From Macrostomum lignano (taxonomy: Eukaryota), in NCBI GenBank assembly GCA_002269645.1, contig NIVC01004187.1, positions 1 to 56,115 on the forward strand: a DNA stretch of 56,115 nucleotides, read 5' to 3'. The translations under genes were made by a program, and so were the position numbers. The notes below the pieces were generated by a model. It was not told where the DNA came from, ran no database searches, and was given only the letters and a program-made list of their open reading frames with translations. Of this stretch, positions 44,891-56,115 are shown in pieces (position 1 is the first letter of the stretch; each line of letters starts with the position of its first letter).

Positions 44891-45610
44891 TGTATGGCGT
44901 AATTCGCCAAGGTCAATGTCGATCACATGACGTCTGCTTAGTATACTAGTACGCGCTTTACTTCCCAGTAATTGGAAACCCCGCAACGGATTTTCCTAGG
45001 TCAACATCGATCAGGCAACTTGCGCATGATTGTCCAAGGTCAATGACAATTCTATCCTTTTTTATAACGCGATAACAATCACGAGGTCAGCGCGTGGTTC
45101 TGCCTCCGAAACTTCATATCAGATTCATGGAAGGACCTCTAGCTAGAGAAAAAACCATTCCACTGTTTAATGCCCTGTCGTCTCCGTGCCCCCCCCCCTC
45201 GCTGCCGTGCTTGCATTTTATAGAAGCCAGCGACTGCGCGCGATCGATGGAAACGAAACTCGATGGAACCGATCATACTGCTTAACTTTGAGCTGTAAAA
45301 TTAGCGAGAAAACTCAGATTTGTTTTTAAGCAGTCTAAAGACTATGGGAGGAATTTCCTCACTGCAATGTACTTGCATTGTACTGACATTGAAAGCAGAT
45401 ACTTTTGAAATATTTTGCGAATCACCCCATTGCTGTAATTGGCGAGAATCAAAATTCTCCGTCATTTTTTAAACACATTTTTCATTTTGCCCCAATGTCA
45501 CTTCACTAAATATCGCTCCATGAGATGTCACACCGTCAAATGTTAGATCACCAAATCCCACGGCACTAAATGTTTATTCCATCAGATTTATCTAGACCAA
45601 ACTTCGTTGC

Positions 45611-45760
45611 ACCAGGTGTCACTCTACCAGGTGTCACACTACCAGGTGTCACTCTACCAGGTGTCACTCTACCAGGTGTCACTCTACCAGGTGTCACTTT
45701 ACCAGGTATCACTTTACCAGGTGTCACTAATTAGGTGTCACTTTACCAGGTGTCAACTCT
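45611..45760. repeat. 15-bp repeat, variant A
   Basis: ACCAGGTGTCACTCT. Confidence 0.9.
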
Positions 45761-45831
45761 GCAAGGTGTCAATCTACGAAATTCCACTGCTAAACATTCT
45801 GTGCTGCTAAATGTCTGTATCCAATATCTCT

Positions 45832-46026
45832 GCACCAAGCGTCACTCCACCAAGCGTCACTCCACCAAGCGTCACTCCACCAAGCGTCACTCCACCAAGC
45901 GTCACTCCACCAAGCGTCACTCCACCAAGCGTCACTCCACCAAGCGTCACTCCACCAAGCGTCACTCCACCAAGCGTCACTCCACCAAGCGTCACTCCAC
46001 CAAGCGTCACTCCACCAAGCGTCACT
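45832..46026. repeat. 15-bp perfect repeat, variant B (~13 copies)
   Basis: ACCAAGCGTCACTCC. Confidence 0.96.
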
Positions 46027-46384
46027 CGCTCCACTTAGTGTCCTGGTCTCTTTGTGTCCGCCATGAATTCACAAAGCCGCCACAATTCAGCCCCTAAATT
46101 TGCTGTTGAACTGACTGTGAAAGAAGTACATTTCCTATTTAGCTACATGCCAGATAGGTGGCACAAAGTTACAAATTACACCAATTTCAGTCTGCAATTT
46201 ACCAAGAGCCGTTTCAGATTAATTCCTTTTATAAAGCATTAGTCTGTTGAGAAAGCCTCAAGATTTTAATAGCAATGCTATCCTGATTCTTATTTGATTA
46301 AGAATCAGGTTTCCACTTTTCATTTGTTTTATCTGATCACTTCAACTCTTATCCGATGTCTGCAATACGCATTGTCTGCAACTT

Positions 46385-47250
46385 GATCCTCTGCTCTCTC
46401 CTGCTCTCTGTTGTTCTCTCTGTTGTTCTCTCTGGTCTCTCCTGCTCTCTGTTGTTCTCTCTGTTGTTCATTCTGGTCTCTCCTGCTCTCTGTTGTTCTC
46501 TCTGTTGTTCTCTCTGGTCTCTCCTGCTCTCTGTTGTTCTCTCTGGTCTCTCCTGCTCTCTGTTGTTCTTTCTGGTCTCTCCTGCTCTCTGTTGTTCTCT
46601 CTGTTGTTCATTCTGGTCTCTCCTGCTCTCTGTTGTTCTCTCTGTTGTTCTCTCTGGTCTCTCCTGCTCTCTGTTGTTCTCTCTGTTGTTCTTTCTGGTC
46701 TCTCCTGCTCTCTGTTGTTCTCTCTGTTGTTCTTTCTGTTGTTCTCTCTGGTCTCTCCTGCTCTCTGTTGTTCTCTCTGTTGTTCATTCTGGTCTCTCCT
46801 GCTCTCTGTTGTTCTCTCTGTTGTTCTCTCTGGTCTCTCCTGCTCTCTGTTGTTCTCTCTGTTGTTCTTTCTGGTCTCTCCTGCTCTCTGTTGTTCTCTC
46901 TGTTGTTCTTTCTGTTGTTCTCTCTGGTCTCTCCTGCTCTCTGTTGTTCTCTCTGTTGTTCATTCTGGTCTCTCCTGCTCTCTGTTGTTCTCTCTGTTGT
47001 TCTCTCTGGTCTCTCCTGCTCTCTGTTGTTCTCTCTGTTGCTCTTTCTGGTCTCTCCTGCTCTCTGTTGTTCTCTCTGTTGTTCTTTCTGTTGTTCTCTC
47101 TGTTGTTCTTTCTGTTGTTCTCTCTGGTCTCTCCTGCTCTCTGTTGTTCTCTCTGTTGTTCTTTCTGTTGTTCTCTCTGGTCTCTCCTGCTCTCTGTTGT
47201 TCTCTCTGTTGTTCTCTCTGGTCTCTCCTGCTCTCTGTTGTTCTCTTCTG
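46385..47250. repeat. Composite CT/GTT repeat
   Basis: CTCTCTGTTGTT and CTGGTCTCTCCTG modules in varying order. Confidence 0.92.
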
Positions 47251-48254
47251 CTCTCTCTGCTCTGGGAGGGAGAGGGAGAAGAGGAGAGAGGGGGGAGAGA
47301 GAGGGAGAGCCGATAGGGGGAGAGAGGAAGAAGAAGAGAGGGAGAAAAGAGAGGGATGGAGAGGAGGGAGAGAGAGAGGGGGGGAGAAGAGAGTGAGATG
47401 AAGAGAGAGCAGCTGAATCATGACCAGCACTCAGCCAACTGAGGCATGCAGCATTGAGAATAGCAAACAACAATAGCGAGGAAAACAGCGAAAAACTTTC
47501 AACCAGACCTGCATTCGGCTGCATGAGCCAGATGCAGCGATGCCGACCCTTCAGTGATACAGCCGATTCGATTCCGCAAAGATAAAAATTGGATATTAAA
47601 AATCTGGATTTCTCCCGGAATGCTGGGCGACATCTAGCGTTGGCCCCGGGACATCGGGATGCAATTTGCCGGCAGCCGCCAGGGGGAGCAGCTCGCTTCG
47701 CAAAAAAGGCAGTTCGGCAATGCAGGGTTTCCTCATGGCCTGCCTGTCGAAGGCGAAGCGAGCGCGCACAAATTCGCCGTTGGGGTAATCAGTGCCCGCT
47801 GCGCCACCGATTGCTTTATTGCCTAAATGTTTTGTCTACCGATGGAACGCAGATACCAGTCATGGACCGTCCTCGAAGCTAGAGATCTGGACTGGAAGCG
47901 GAGCTCTTGTACATCGATTAAGGAAAAAACAACAAAGTTGCATAGGGCAGAGCAGCCAGGGTGTGCATGACTGTCCGCTTCTTCGCTGGCTTCCTTCAGG
48001 AAGCTGGTTGCGGGTCGCCTTGATTTCCGGCAGCGGCCAGAGCGCCCATGCGGCCAAACTCTTAACAATAATAGATAATAGTGAGCCTGCCGCTCTAGCG
48101 CTTCCAGCCTCGACCTCTCGGAAAAAAACGCATCGATAAAAGCGCATTAAGTTCTTTCTGAACCAAATTAGATCAGCTACTACAAGTAGTGCAGCAGGAG
48201 ACTATCCTGTCTCTACTATCCTGCTCTCCTGTTCTCACCTTGTCTGTCACACCG

Positions 48255-48835
48255 TCTCTCTGTCAGCCTGTCTCTGTCACCCTGTCTCTCTGTCACCCTG
48301 TCTCTCTGTCACCCTGTCTCTCTGTCACCCTGTCTCTCTGTCATCCTGTCTCTCTGTCACCCTGTCTCTCTGTCACCCTGTCTCTCTGTCACCCCGTCTC
48401 TCTGTCACCCTGTCTCTCTGTCACCCTGTCTCTCTGTCACCCTGTCTCTCTGTCACCCTGTCTCTCTGTCACCCTGTCTCTCTGTCACCCTGTCTCTCTG
48501 TCATCCTGTCTCTCTGTCACCCTGTCTCTCTGTCACCCTGTCTCTCTGTCACCCCGTCTCTCTGTCACCCTGTCTCTCTGTCACCCTGTCTCTCTGTCAC
48601 CCTGTCTCTCTGTCACCCTGTCTCTCTGTCACCCTGTCTCTCTGTCACCCTGTCTCTCTGTCACCCTGTCTCTCTGTCACCCCGTCTCTCTGTCACCCTG
48701 TCTCTCTGTCACCCTGTCTCTCTGTCACCCTGTCTCTCTGTCACCCTGTCTCTCTGTCACCCTGTCTCTCTGTCTCCCTGTCTCTCTGTCTCCCTGTCTC
48801 TCTGTCTCCCTGTCTCTCTGTCTCCCTGTCTCTCT
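48255..48835. repeat. 16-bp minisatellite
   Basis: CTGTCTCTCTGTCACC. Confidence 0.96.
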
Positions 48836-49494
48836 CTACCGTCCCCGAATTCTATTAAATTCTCCTCTATTAGTCTGGCTCTCAAGCCACTTCTACTTCT
48901 CTCTCTCTCTCTCATCTCTTTGCATCTCAGACTATTCTCGTCCTGAACCTCACTACCCCTTTCTCTGACCTTTATAATGCAGCCAGCCCATTTCCTGCCG
49001 CGTATTGATGAAGGGGGGAATTCCAGTCTCTGCCACTACCTCATTTTCTTGTCGAACTTGTCTCCCCATCTGCATGCCGCTCTGCCTCCAAGTCTGGAAG
49101 GGGAAGGCGACTCTGGGGGAAATCTTTTTCTTCTAAGACTTGGAGGAAATTAGGAGCTGCTACAGGGATACGAGGGGTCCTGGCTGGGGATCTCAGAGCA
49201 GAGTTAATTACTGGGACTTCGGATTCGCAATCCGCTCAGCCAGCGCCAGGATGATCCGCCTAATTTACGGCCAGTCGATGAGTTCCCGGAACGGCCTGGC
49301 TGCTTCAGATTTCAGAGCTCAGTTGCCGGTGCTCAAGCAAGAGAAAATCAAGTTGCAAACTAAATCCGAGAGAAAATAATGTCGCCCGAGCTTGAGATTA
49401 TCCATAGATCCCGTTTTATGTTGTCTTTTTTCAGTATTGATTGCTGCATACCTGCAGGCAGGGCTAATTTTGCACTGGCTGCTTGTGTATTCTT

Positions 49495-50337
49495 TGTCAC
49501 TCTGTCCCGATTGTCACTCTGTCCCGATTGTCACTCTGTCCCGATTGTCACTCTGTCCCGATTGTCACTCTGTCCCGATTGTCACTCTGTCCCGATTGTC
49601 ACTCTGTCCCGATTGTCACTCTGTCCCGATTGTCACTCTGTCCCGATTGTCACTCTGTCCCGATTGTCACTCTGTCCCGATTGTCACTCTGTCCCGATTG
49701 TCACTCTGTCCCGATTGTCACTCTGTCCCGATTGTCACTCTGTCCCGATTGTCACTCTGTCCCGATTGTCACTCTGTCCCGATTGTCACTCTGTCCCGAT
49801 TGTCACTCTGTCCCGATTGTCACTCTGTCCCGATTGTCACTCTGTCCCGATTGTCACTCTGTCCCGATTGTCACTCTGTCCCGATTGTCACTCTGTCCCG
49901 ATTGTCACTCTGTCCCGATTGTCACTCTGTCCCGATTGTCACTCTGTCCCGATTGTCACTCTGTCCCGATTGTCACTCTGTCCCGATTGTCACTCTGTCC
50001 CGATTGTCACTCTGTCCCGATTGTCACTCTGTCCCGATTGTCACTCTGTCCCGATTGTCACTCTGTCCCGATTGTCACTCTGTCCCGATTGTCACTCTGT
50101 CCCGATTGTCACTCTGTCCCGATTGTCACTCTGTCCCGATTGTCACTCTGTCCCGATTGTCACTCTGTCCCGATTGTCACTCTGTCCCGATTGTCACTCT
50201 GTCCCGATTGTCACTCTGTCCCGATTGTCACTCTGTCCCGATTGTCACTCTGTCCCGATTGTCACTCTGTCCCGATTGTCACTCTGTCCCGATTGTCACT
50301 CTGTCCCGATTGTCACTCTGTCCCGATTGTCACTCTG
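49495..50337. repeat. 17-bp perfect minisatellite (~49 copies)
   Basis: TTGTCACTCTGTCCCGA. Confidence 0.98.
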
Positions 50338-50705
50338 CAGCCAGTTTACCCCTACTACATGTACTTATGTACTTATGAGTATCCTTGATTTAATTAATTC
50401 ATTCTTAGCTGTTCCATTGTATAGTTTTCTCAGTCACACAGATCGCAAGCCTTGTCTCTGTGTTGATCAGTAATAAATCAATGCTGTCTCAGTCCCCAAC
50501 ACGAGCGGATAAAAGACTAAATCTCAATGAACAAAATTATTTATGACCTTTGTGAATCTGAGCAGCATTAACGGTTACTTATTTTGACTCTACTCCAGGA
50601 CCTTTCATTATTATGCTTATTATTATATAGTGCTTTGTTTCATGGCTCAAATATTATATGCCAATTAAACCTTCTGTCGGAAAAACTGAATCTGTGAAAG
50701 TCTCA

Positions 50706-51176
50706 GCAGCACCTGTTAGCGGAAGTCGCAGCACCTGTTAGCGGAAGTCGCAGCACCTGTTAGCGGAAGTCGCAGCACCTGTTAGCGGAAGTCGCAGCAT
50801 CTGTTAGCGGAAGTCGCAGCATCTGTTAGCGGAAGTTGCAGCATCTGTTAGCGGAAGTCGCAGCATCTGTTAGCGGAAGTCGCAGCATCTGTTAGCGGAA
50901 GTCGCAGCATCTGTTAGCGGAAGTCGCAGCATCTGTTAGCGGAAGTCGCAGCATCTGTTAGCGGAAGTCGCAGCATCTGTTAGCGGATGTCGCAGCATCT
51001 GTTAGCGGAAGTTGCAGCATCTGTTAGCGGAAGTCGCAGCACCTGTTAGCGGATGTCGCAGCACCTGTTAGCGGATGTCGCAGCACCTGTTAGCGGATGT
51101 CGCAGCACCTGTTAGCGGATGTCGCAGCACCTGTTAGCGGATGTCGCAGCACCTGTTAGCGGAAGTCGCAGCACCT
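50706..51176. repeat. 22-bp minisatellite (~21 copies)
   Basis: GCAGCA(C/T)CTGTTAGCGGA(A/T)GTC. Confidence 0.96.
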
Positions 51177-51934
51177 ATTTTCGGTTGTTACCGTCGGTTT
51201 TTTATTATCTATTTGAAATTATGGAATGAGAACGCAGCCCTGTCGGGGCAGCCTGCAGAGAGGGCAGTCCGTTTCCATCAATATCATCTGAGACGACAGC
51301 TTAAGAGGAAGTGGCTTTCAAGCCTGCCGCTTAGGCGGCTGAAGTGAGCATTCGCTCGCTAACTCCGGCCGTGCATCAAACCTGCGAGTCTTTCCGCATA
51401 CCGGATGTGGAGCCCCAGCTTGATTGGCCCTGCTCCGCATGGCAGAGACTCAAGGCTAAGGAAGGAAGTCATATCGAGAGCGGGCAGCCCAAGTTGCCTT
51501 TTGTGCTCGGCATGGACACACGGCTCCGCCTGAAGCACCTGGCCTCGGTCACGATCCGCAATTGTATTGATTGTTTGGCTCTGCTAGTCCGGACAAGCTC
51601 ACAGTTCACGAAATATTTGCAAGCGAAAAGAGACGAGCAAGCGAAATAGCTCAGAGCCAAACCGTATTTATTAATGTGACTCCATAGTTGAGAAGCCTGC
51701 AAAAGCATCAATATAAAGGGCATAGAAAGGGCACACGAGATGAAATAGATAGAGAGCAGTAAGAGCGCAGCCAAGGACCACTGTAGCATAACAGGGCGTA
51801 AAACTCAAAGATCGTGTAAGTTTTTGAAGGCCGATTTCCTAGAAAAAAACACACTGCGGAGATAGGAAAAGAATACGTTTTTCATCACAATCAATAACAG
51901 CGAGGCAGTTTATATGCCAACAAACTCTGACTTT

Positions 51935-52240
51935 TAATAATAATAGTAATAATAATTGATTACACCTGCCTCAAGTGTAGCAGATGTGCAACCGACAGCT
52001 CAGCCGCAGCTATTGCGCGGCGCATCTGAAAGCTGCCTACGGCTGTTCAGTCCAAGGACTGGAGGGTCGCCACACACACCCTCAATTACCCCAGCTAATG
52101 CTGGCACCCATTTTACAGCTGGGTGAACTGAAGCGGTGCAGAGTTAAAAGCCTAGCTCAAGGACACAAATTGTTACAGTGGGATCGGAAATCGAACCCCC
52201 GACCTTCAAGTCGTGAATCCGACGCTCTAACCCTGGGGCT
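51935..52240 (-). mobile_element. tRNA-derived SINE with CORE/Deu-like central domain and (ATT)n tail
   Basis: On minus: GGTTAGAGCG head, B-box-like GGTTCGATTTCC (52197..52186), TGTGTCCTTGAGCTAG and CACCCAGCTGTAAAATGGG (resembling CORE-SINE motifs), then an ATT-repeat tail near 51960..51935. Confidence 0.65.
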
Positions 52241-52960
52241 GGGGTTCTGGCTGGGCTTGTTGCATGACTTTTACAATACAAATGTACTAATATGAATAAA
52301 AACTGTTGTTTTGTCAACTTTTCAGCCTTTTTAAAGACAGAATTTGCAGCAATTCAATCTATACGTATTTGGCGCTCTTGCACCTGCATGCAGGTATCGT
52401 CTGTGACAAAGCAGTTGCGCTAAGCCCTTAGCCCCCCCCTCGAGCGATTGCTTTTATCGTGAAGAAGGGCAGTAATGGCACAGTAATCTGACCCCATGCC
52501 GCATCGGGGCCTTGAGTCGAAAATGGGAAACAAAAAAAATCTGAATTTTATGTCTGAAGATGGCGCGCCACAAATGGAGACTAAACGCGGCACTAAAGTA
52601 CAACAGCGAGCAAGCTGAGGCCTTGGACTAGGTTCGATTTTTTCTTCTTTATAATCAGTTCAATAATGCAGCGGAGACGCTATTCACAGACATTCAAGAG
52701 GTTTGGAGACAAAGTCTGGGTTATTTTATTTTTGTAACCAAAGCTGAGTGAATCACATCAGTCGAGGGATGGGGGGGATTTATGGGAATTCACTTGGCCT
52801 TGCGAGCGGGATCATCAAGTGCAGAGAGCCAAACAGAAAACAGGAACGAATCGGAGGTTGTTCAAGCCATAATAAAAAAATTTAAAAACAGAATTCTTGT
52901 CGAAGCAAAGCAAAATAAAGAGAGTTTTTGCCTTTTCTTAAGCTTGATTTTTTGTTTAAC

Positions 52961-54064
52961 CTAGCCATTGCTTGGCGATTTCCCACGCAGCAAGGCCTGC
53001 TGCCGATGCTGCTGCAGCTGAAGGAGCTGCCGCTGCCTGTTGTCGCCTCCACCTCGGCCGCCGCCACGCCTTCGCAGGACGACATCTCTGAAGGCGGAGT
53101 TGGTGAACATGTAGACAAAAAAGTTGCAGGTGGAGTCCAGGTTGATGCACAGGTTGGCCACCTCCATGGCGTAGCTCATGAACACGTCCCAGAACCGGCT
53201 CTCCTCCGGCAGCCGCAGGCCCACCAGCACCATGACGAACATGGGCAGCTCCATGCTCACGAAGGCCAGCAGCAGCACCTGTACAGTCCTGGTGGCCTTG
53301 TTGCACTGCAGCTGGCTGGGGTTCAGGCCACCCTGCTGGCCCTGCTGGTGCCGGCGCAGCCCCATCGTCATGGCAACGGAGGCGACGCCCACAGCCAGCA
53401 CGGGCAGCACCGCCTGGAAGAACATGGAGGCCAGGCAGAACTCGTTGTAGCCGGCGAACGGCAGCAGCGGCACCCGGTTGAAAATCCGGCGTGTCTCGGC
53501 GCAGTAGTGGAACTCCTCCTGCGATGCCTTGGGCAGCCCGAACGCCAGCCCGAGCCCGACGATGCAGGCGAAATTCGCCACCACCAGGCGGCGGCTGAAG
53601 CAGCGGCCGGTGTTGCGGGCGAACGGCCGGAGCACCACCTCGCTGCGAGTGGCAGCGATCAGCACGATGCACCAGTTGCGGGCCATTAGGGCCGAGTTGG
53701 CCAGCACCCAGGCCGCGCTCAGGTAGCCGATGGTCGCCTTGGCGACGGCGAAGGACGCGTAGAAGACGTGGTCGCGTGCAATCTCCGTCAGGCCGCGCAG
53801 CACCTCCACGCTGGTCATGCCGAAGCTGGCGAGCATCTCCGTGGCGGACAGAAACAGCAGCAGCAGGCGCATGATCGTCTCTTTCTGCCGGTGGCGCAGG
53901 AACACGCAGAAGCAGATTGAGTTGAGCACAAGGTTCATCGACCCAATCAAGATGATTGCCAGTTTGAAAACGCCTTTAAACTCGCCACGCGAATCGTTAG
54001 CAGCCTCATCCGTTCCGTTGATAACCTGCGAGCAGTTGCCAGAGAACTTGACTAGCTCGAACAT
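52961..54064 (-). CDS. Intronless class A peptide-type GPCR, paralogue of 43628..44890, 367 aa
   Basis: Shares NLVLN, RLLLL.LS..EML.SFGMTSVE, ARNW, VLRPF.RNTGR, QAVLP, KATRT, NLDSTCNF..Y with the first copy; roughly half identical by eye. Confidence 0.92.
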   Translation of the reverse strand: MFELVKFSGNCSQVINGTDEAANDSRGEFKGVFKLAIILIGSMNLVLNSICFCVFLRHRQKETIMRLLLLFLSATEMLASFGMTSVEVLRGLTEIARDHVFYASFAVAKATIGYLSAAWVLANSALMARNWCIVLIAATRSEVVLRPFARNTGRCFSRRLVVANFACIVGLGLAFGLPKASQEEFHYCAETRRIFNRVPLLPFAGYNEFCLASMFFQAVLPVLAVGVASVAMTMGLRRHQQGQQGGLNPSQLQCNKATRTVQVLLLAFVSMELPMFVMVLVGLRLPEESRFWDVFMSYAMEVANLCINLDSTCNFFVYMFTNSAFRDVVLRRRGGGRGGGDNRQRQLLQLQQHRQQALLRGKSPSNG

Positions 54065-54761
54065 GATTTACAGCCTTTGGTTGAAGTTGAGACTCTGAAA
54101 ATCTGGGTGTGGCTTGAGACTGCATCGTAGATGTTGAGCGAGTTATCAGCTCCGCTGACTCCAAAGGCCCGAGAGCAAGGATTTGACGAAGCGACGGGAG
54201 CCAATAAGAGGCTCCGGACTCGAGGCTGATCGGGGCTTCAATCTTAGCAGCTTTTTTGATTATTCGGTTCGCCGCTACTGAGGAATACTGCAATCTGTTT
54301 TAGCCAGCGCATAAGCCGCGGCTTCCATTAAGTCAGTAACCCCTCGAGGTGGCTCTCCTCTTGACAGGATCAAAGAATGCGGTATAGATCGGGCTCACAG
54401 TTGAACTGATGAGGAGTGCTGGGTGCAGAGGGACTGGCTGGCCTCAATCTGAAGGGTATTTAGAAGCAAATGATGGGTGGGAGACAGGCAGGAAAGGAAG
54501 CTGAGCTCACTGCATGCTCAAGCCATACATGGCTAGTCCGCCCATCTTAAGGAACGCTATAAAAGTCCAAGAGTCTGCTAAAATCCGCGTAAAGTGAATC
54601 AGTTCCCCTTTGTAAAGGACTGCGAGTAATCAAGACCGTTAGAAGCGTCCTCAGTGACTTAAATGTAGAGCAGTATCCAGTTAAAATTTGGCAACATGAG
54701 TTAACTGTGGCTTTACTTAACCACTCTGCGTTTCGCTAGGGCCGTTTTTATGAATAAAATA

Positions 54762-55150
54762 CAAGTGACAAGTGACAAGCGACAAGCGACAAGTGACAAG
54801 TTGACAAGCGACAAGTGACAAGCGACAAGCGACAAGCGACAAGCGACAAGCGACAAGCGACAAGTGACAAGTTGACAAGCGACAAGTGACAAGTGACAAG
54901 TTGACAAGCGACAAGTGACAAGTGACAAGTTGACAAGCGACAAGTGACAAGCGACAAGTGACAAGCGACAAGTGACAAGTTGACAAGCGACAAGTGACAA
55001 GTGACAAGTTGACAAGCGACAAGCGACAGGCGACAAGCGACAAGTGACAAGTTGACAAGCGACAAGTGACAAGTGACAAGTTGACAAGCGACAAGTGACA
55101 AGTGACAAGTTGACAAGCGACAAGTGACAAGCGACAAGTGACAAGTGACA
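54762..55150. repeat. 7/8-bp composite repeat (GACAAGT, GACAAGC, GACAAGTT)
   Basis: Shared GACAAG core with higher-order patterning. Confidence 0.95.
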
Positions 55151-55514
55151 ATGATTTTGGTTTTGTTGTCTATGGCCAAACTGGGTATCCATTTGCTTCC
55201 CCTCGTCAAATTCCTTCAGCCATAAGGTGCGACCATAGACAGGTTAAAATATTTTACGGCTTCAAGCAGTAGAATTAACACTACGAGTCATTATATAGAG
55301 CCGAAGCCGAGATTCCAATTTAGTCCCAGATTAATGTGACTGCACTTGGAACCGAGCCTGGGCCGCTGGCACATCAGAGCGCCGCGATGGACCACTAGGC
55401 TACGGCTCCCCTGCTACACTGACCTAAAACTGTTGTTTTGTCTCTTGCTAATTTTGTTGTAGTTTGTTGGCAGAAATAGATTTCACCAGTCAAATGCGTG
55501 GATCGCTGCTGGTT

Positions 55515-55647
55515 GCAGGTCTCCTTGTTGATGGTTTGTAGACCCGCAACTGTGGCGGATAGGCAGGCTTCATCTTTTAGAACACCAAAATAGCACTCGA
55601 CTATAGACGTGTCTGGCCTGTGCATGCACGAAGCTAAAGCGATTATC
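55515..55647 (-). pseudogene. Possible PIF/Harbinger transposase relic (frameshifted)
   Basis: One frame gives DNRFSFVHAQARHV and the next IVECYFGVLKDEACL...LQ...KETC, resembling the Harbinger motif RFN..HS.AR..IE..FG.LK.RF.CL. Short, recognised by eye only. Confidence 0.4.
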
Positions 55648-56115
55648 CGTAGCATTCTCGCCCGCTGCTTTGGGGTGTAGTTGTGCTGTTGTGTTTATCG
55701 TTCAGTCTCGCAGGTCATCGCGCAAGCACGTGTAAACTGCCTGAAGCTGAGGACCAGCCACTGCCATGCATGATCTATATCAGTGACCGCGTGGAGCTCG
55801 AATCTTGATCAGCGTGCATGTACCATCTACGCGGCCAGCGACGCAGGACTGTGCGACACTGAGCGAAGTGTAGCTTTTGAGACGTCATGCGCGTCTCCGA
55901 CGACATGATAGGAATCTGACAGTGTTTCAAGCCTTCGGGCCCGATTTCAACATTGAAGGAAACTACCAGTATGTAAACTAAGAAGCAGCTGAATTAATGT
56001 TTACCGCTGTATGCTAATTTTCAATAGCCGCAGGTCTTCATAATCTTAACAGTCCGCTCGTATGAATACCAAAGCCATTCTTCCGCCTGTTTATATACGC
56101 AGACAAGCTTTACTG

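Noticed and set aside
47589-48147. Cluster of short ORFs in GC-moderate unique sequence (also 51141..51789)
   Set aside because: No recognisable motifs, splice-consistent structure or codon bias.

Overview
Eukaryotic (metazoan) genomic DNA. GC-rich exons sit among many unrelated tandem arrays; this style and the GPCR family suggest a free-living flatworm such as Macrostomum (inference). I could reconstruct five host genes by hand: a 3-exon EGR zinc-finger gene (minus, 6954..2537, 494 aa), a 2-exon RFC5 clamp-loader subunit (16465..22807, 351 aa), a 6-exon MFSD1-like transporter (25308..30111, 526 aa), and two convergent intronless peptide-type GPCR paralogues (43628..44890 plus; 52961..54064 minus). 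Mobile DNA comprises an intact Mag-like Ty3/gypsy element (17982..22617, minus), a truncated gypsy 3' end with LTR, a hAT-type non-autonomous element, a CORE-like tRNA SINE and a possible Harbinger relic. Highlights: (1) the intact retrotransposon inserted exactly into the RFC5 3' splice site, so its 5-bp TSD is the acceptor and its antisense LTR forms a ready-made gene-trap exon; (2) its whole inter-LTR region is one ORF running from the PBS to the first bases of the LTR; (3) the EGR locus has an immediate-early architecture (CArG, TATA-like, MEF2, a perfect EGR site, and an intronic minisatellite with 10 perfect ETS sites); (4) a perfect six-unit heat-shock element lies inside the hAT element; (5) mutually inverted arrays bracket the last MFSD1 exon. 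Most long ORFs in the supplied track are repeat artefacts. No prokaryotic features or CRISPR arrays. All gene models and motif roles are unvalidated predictions from sequence.
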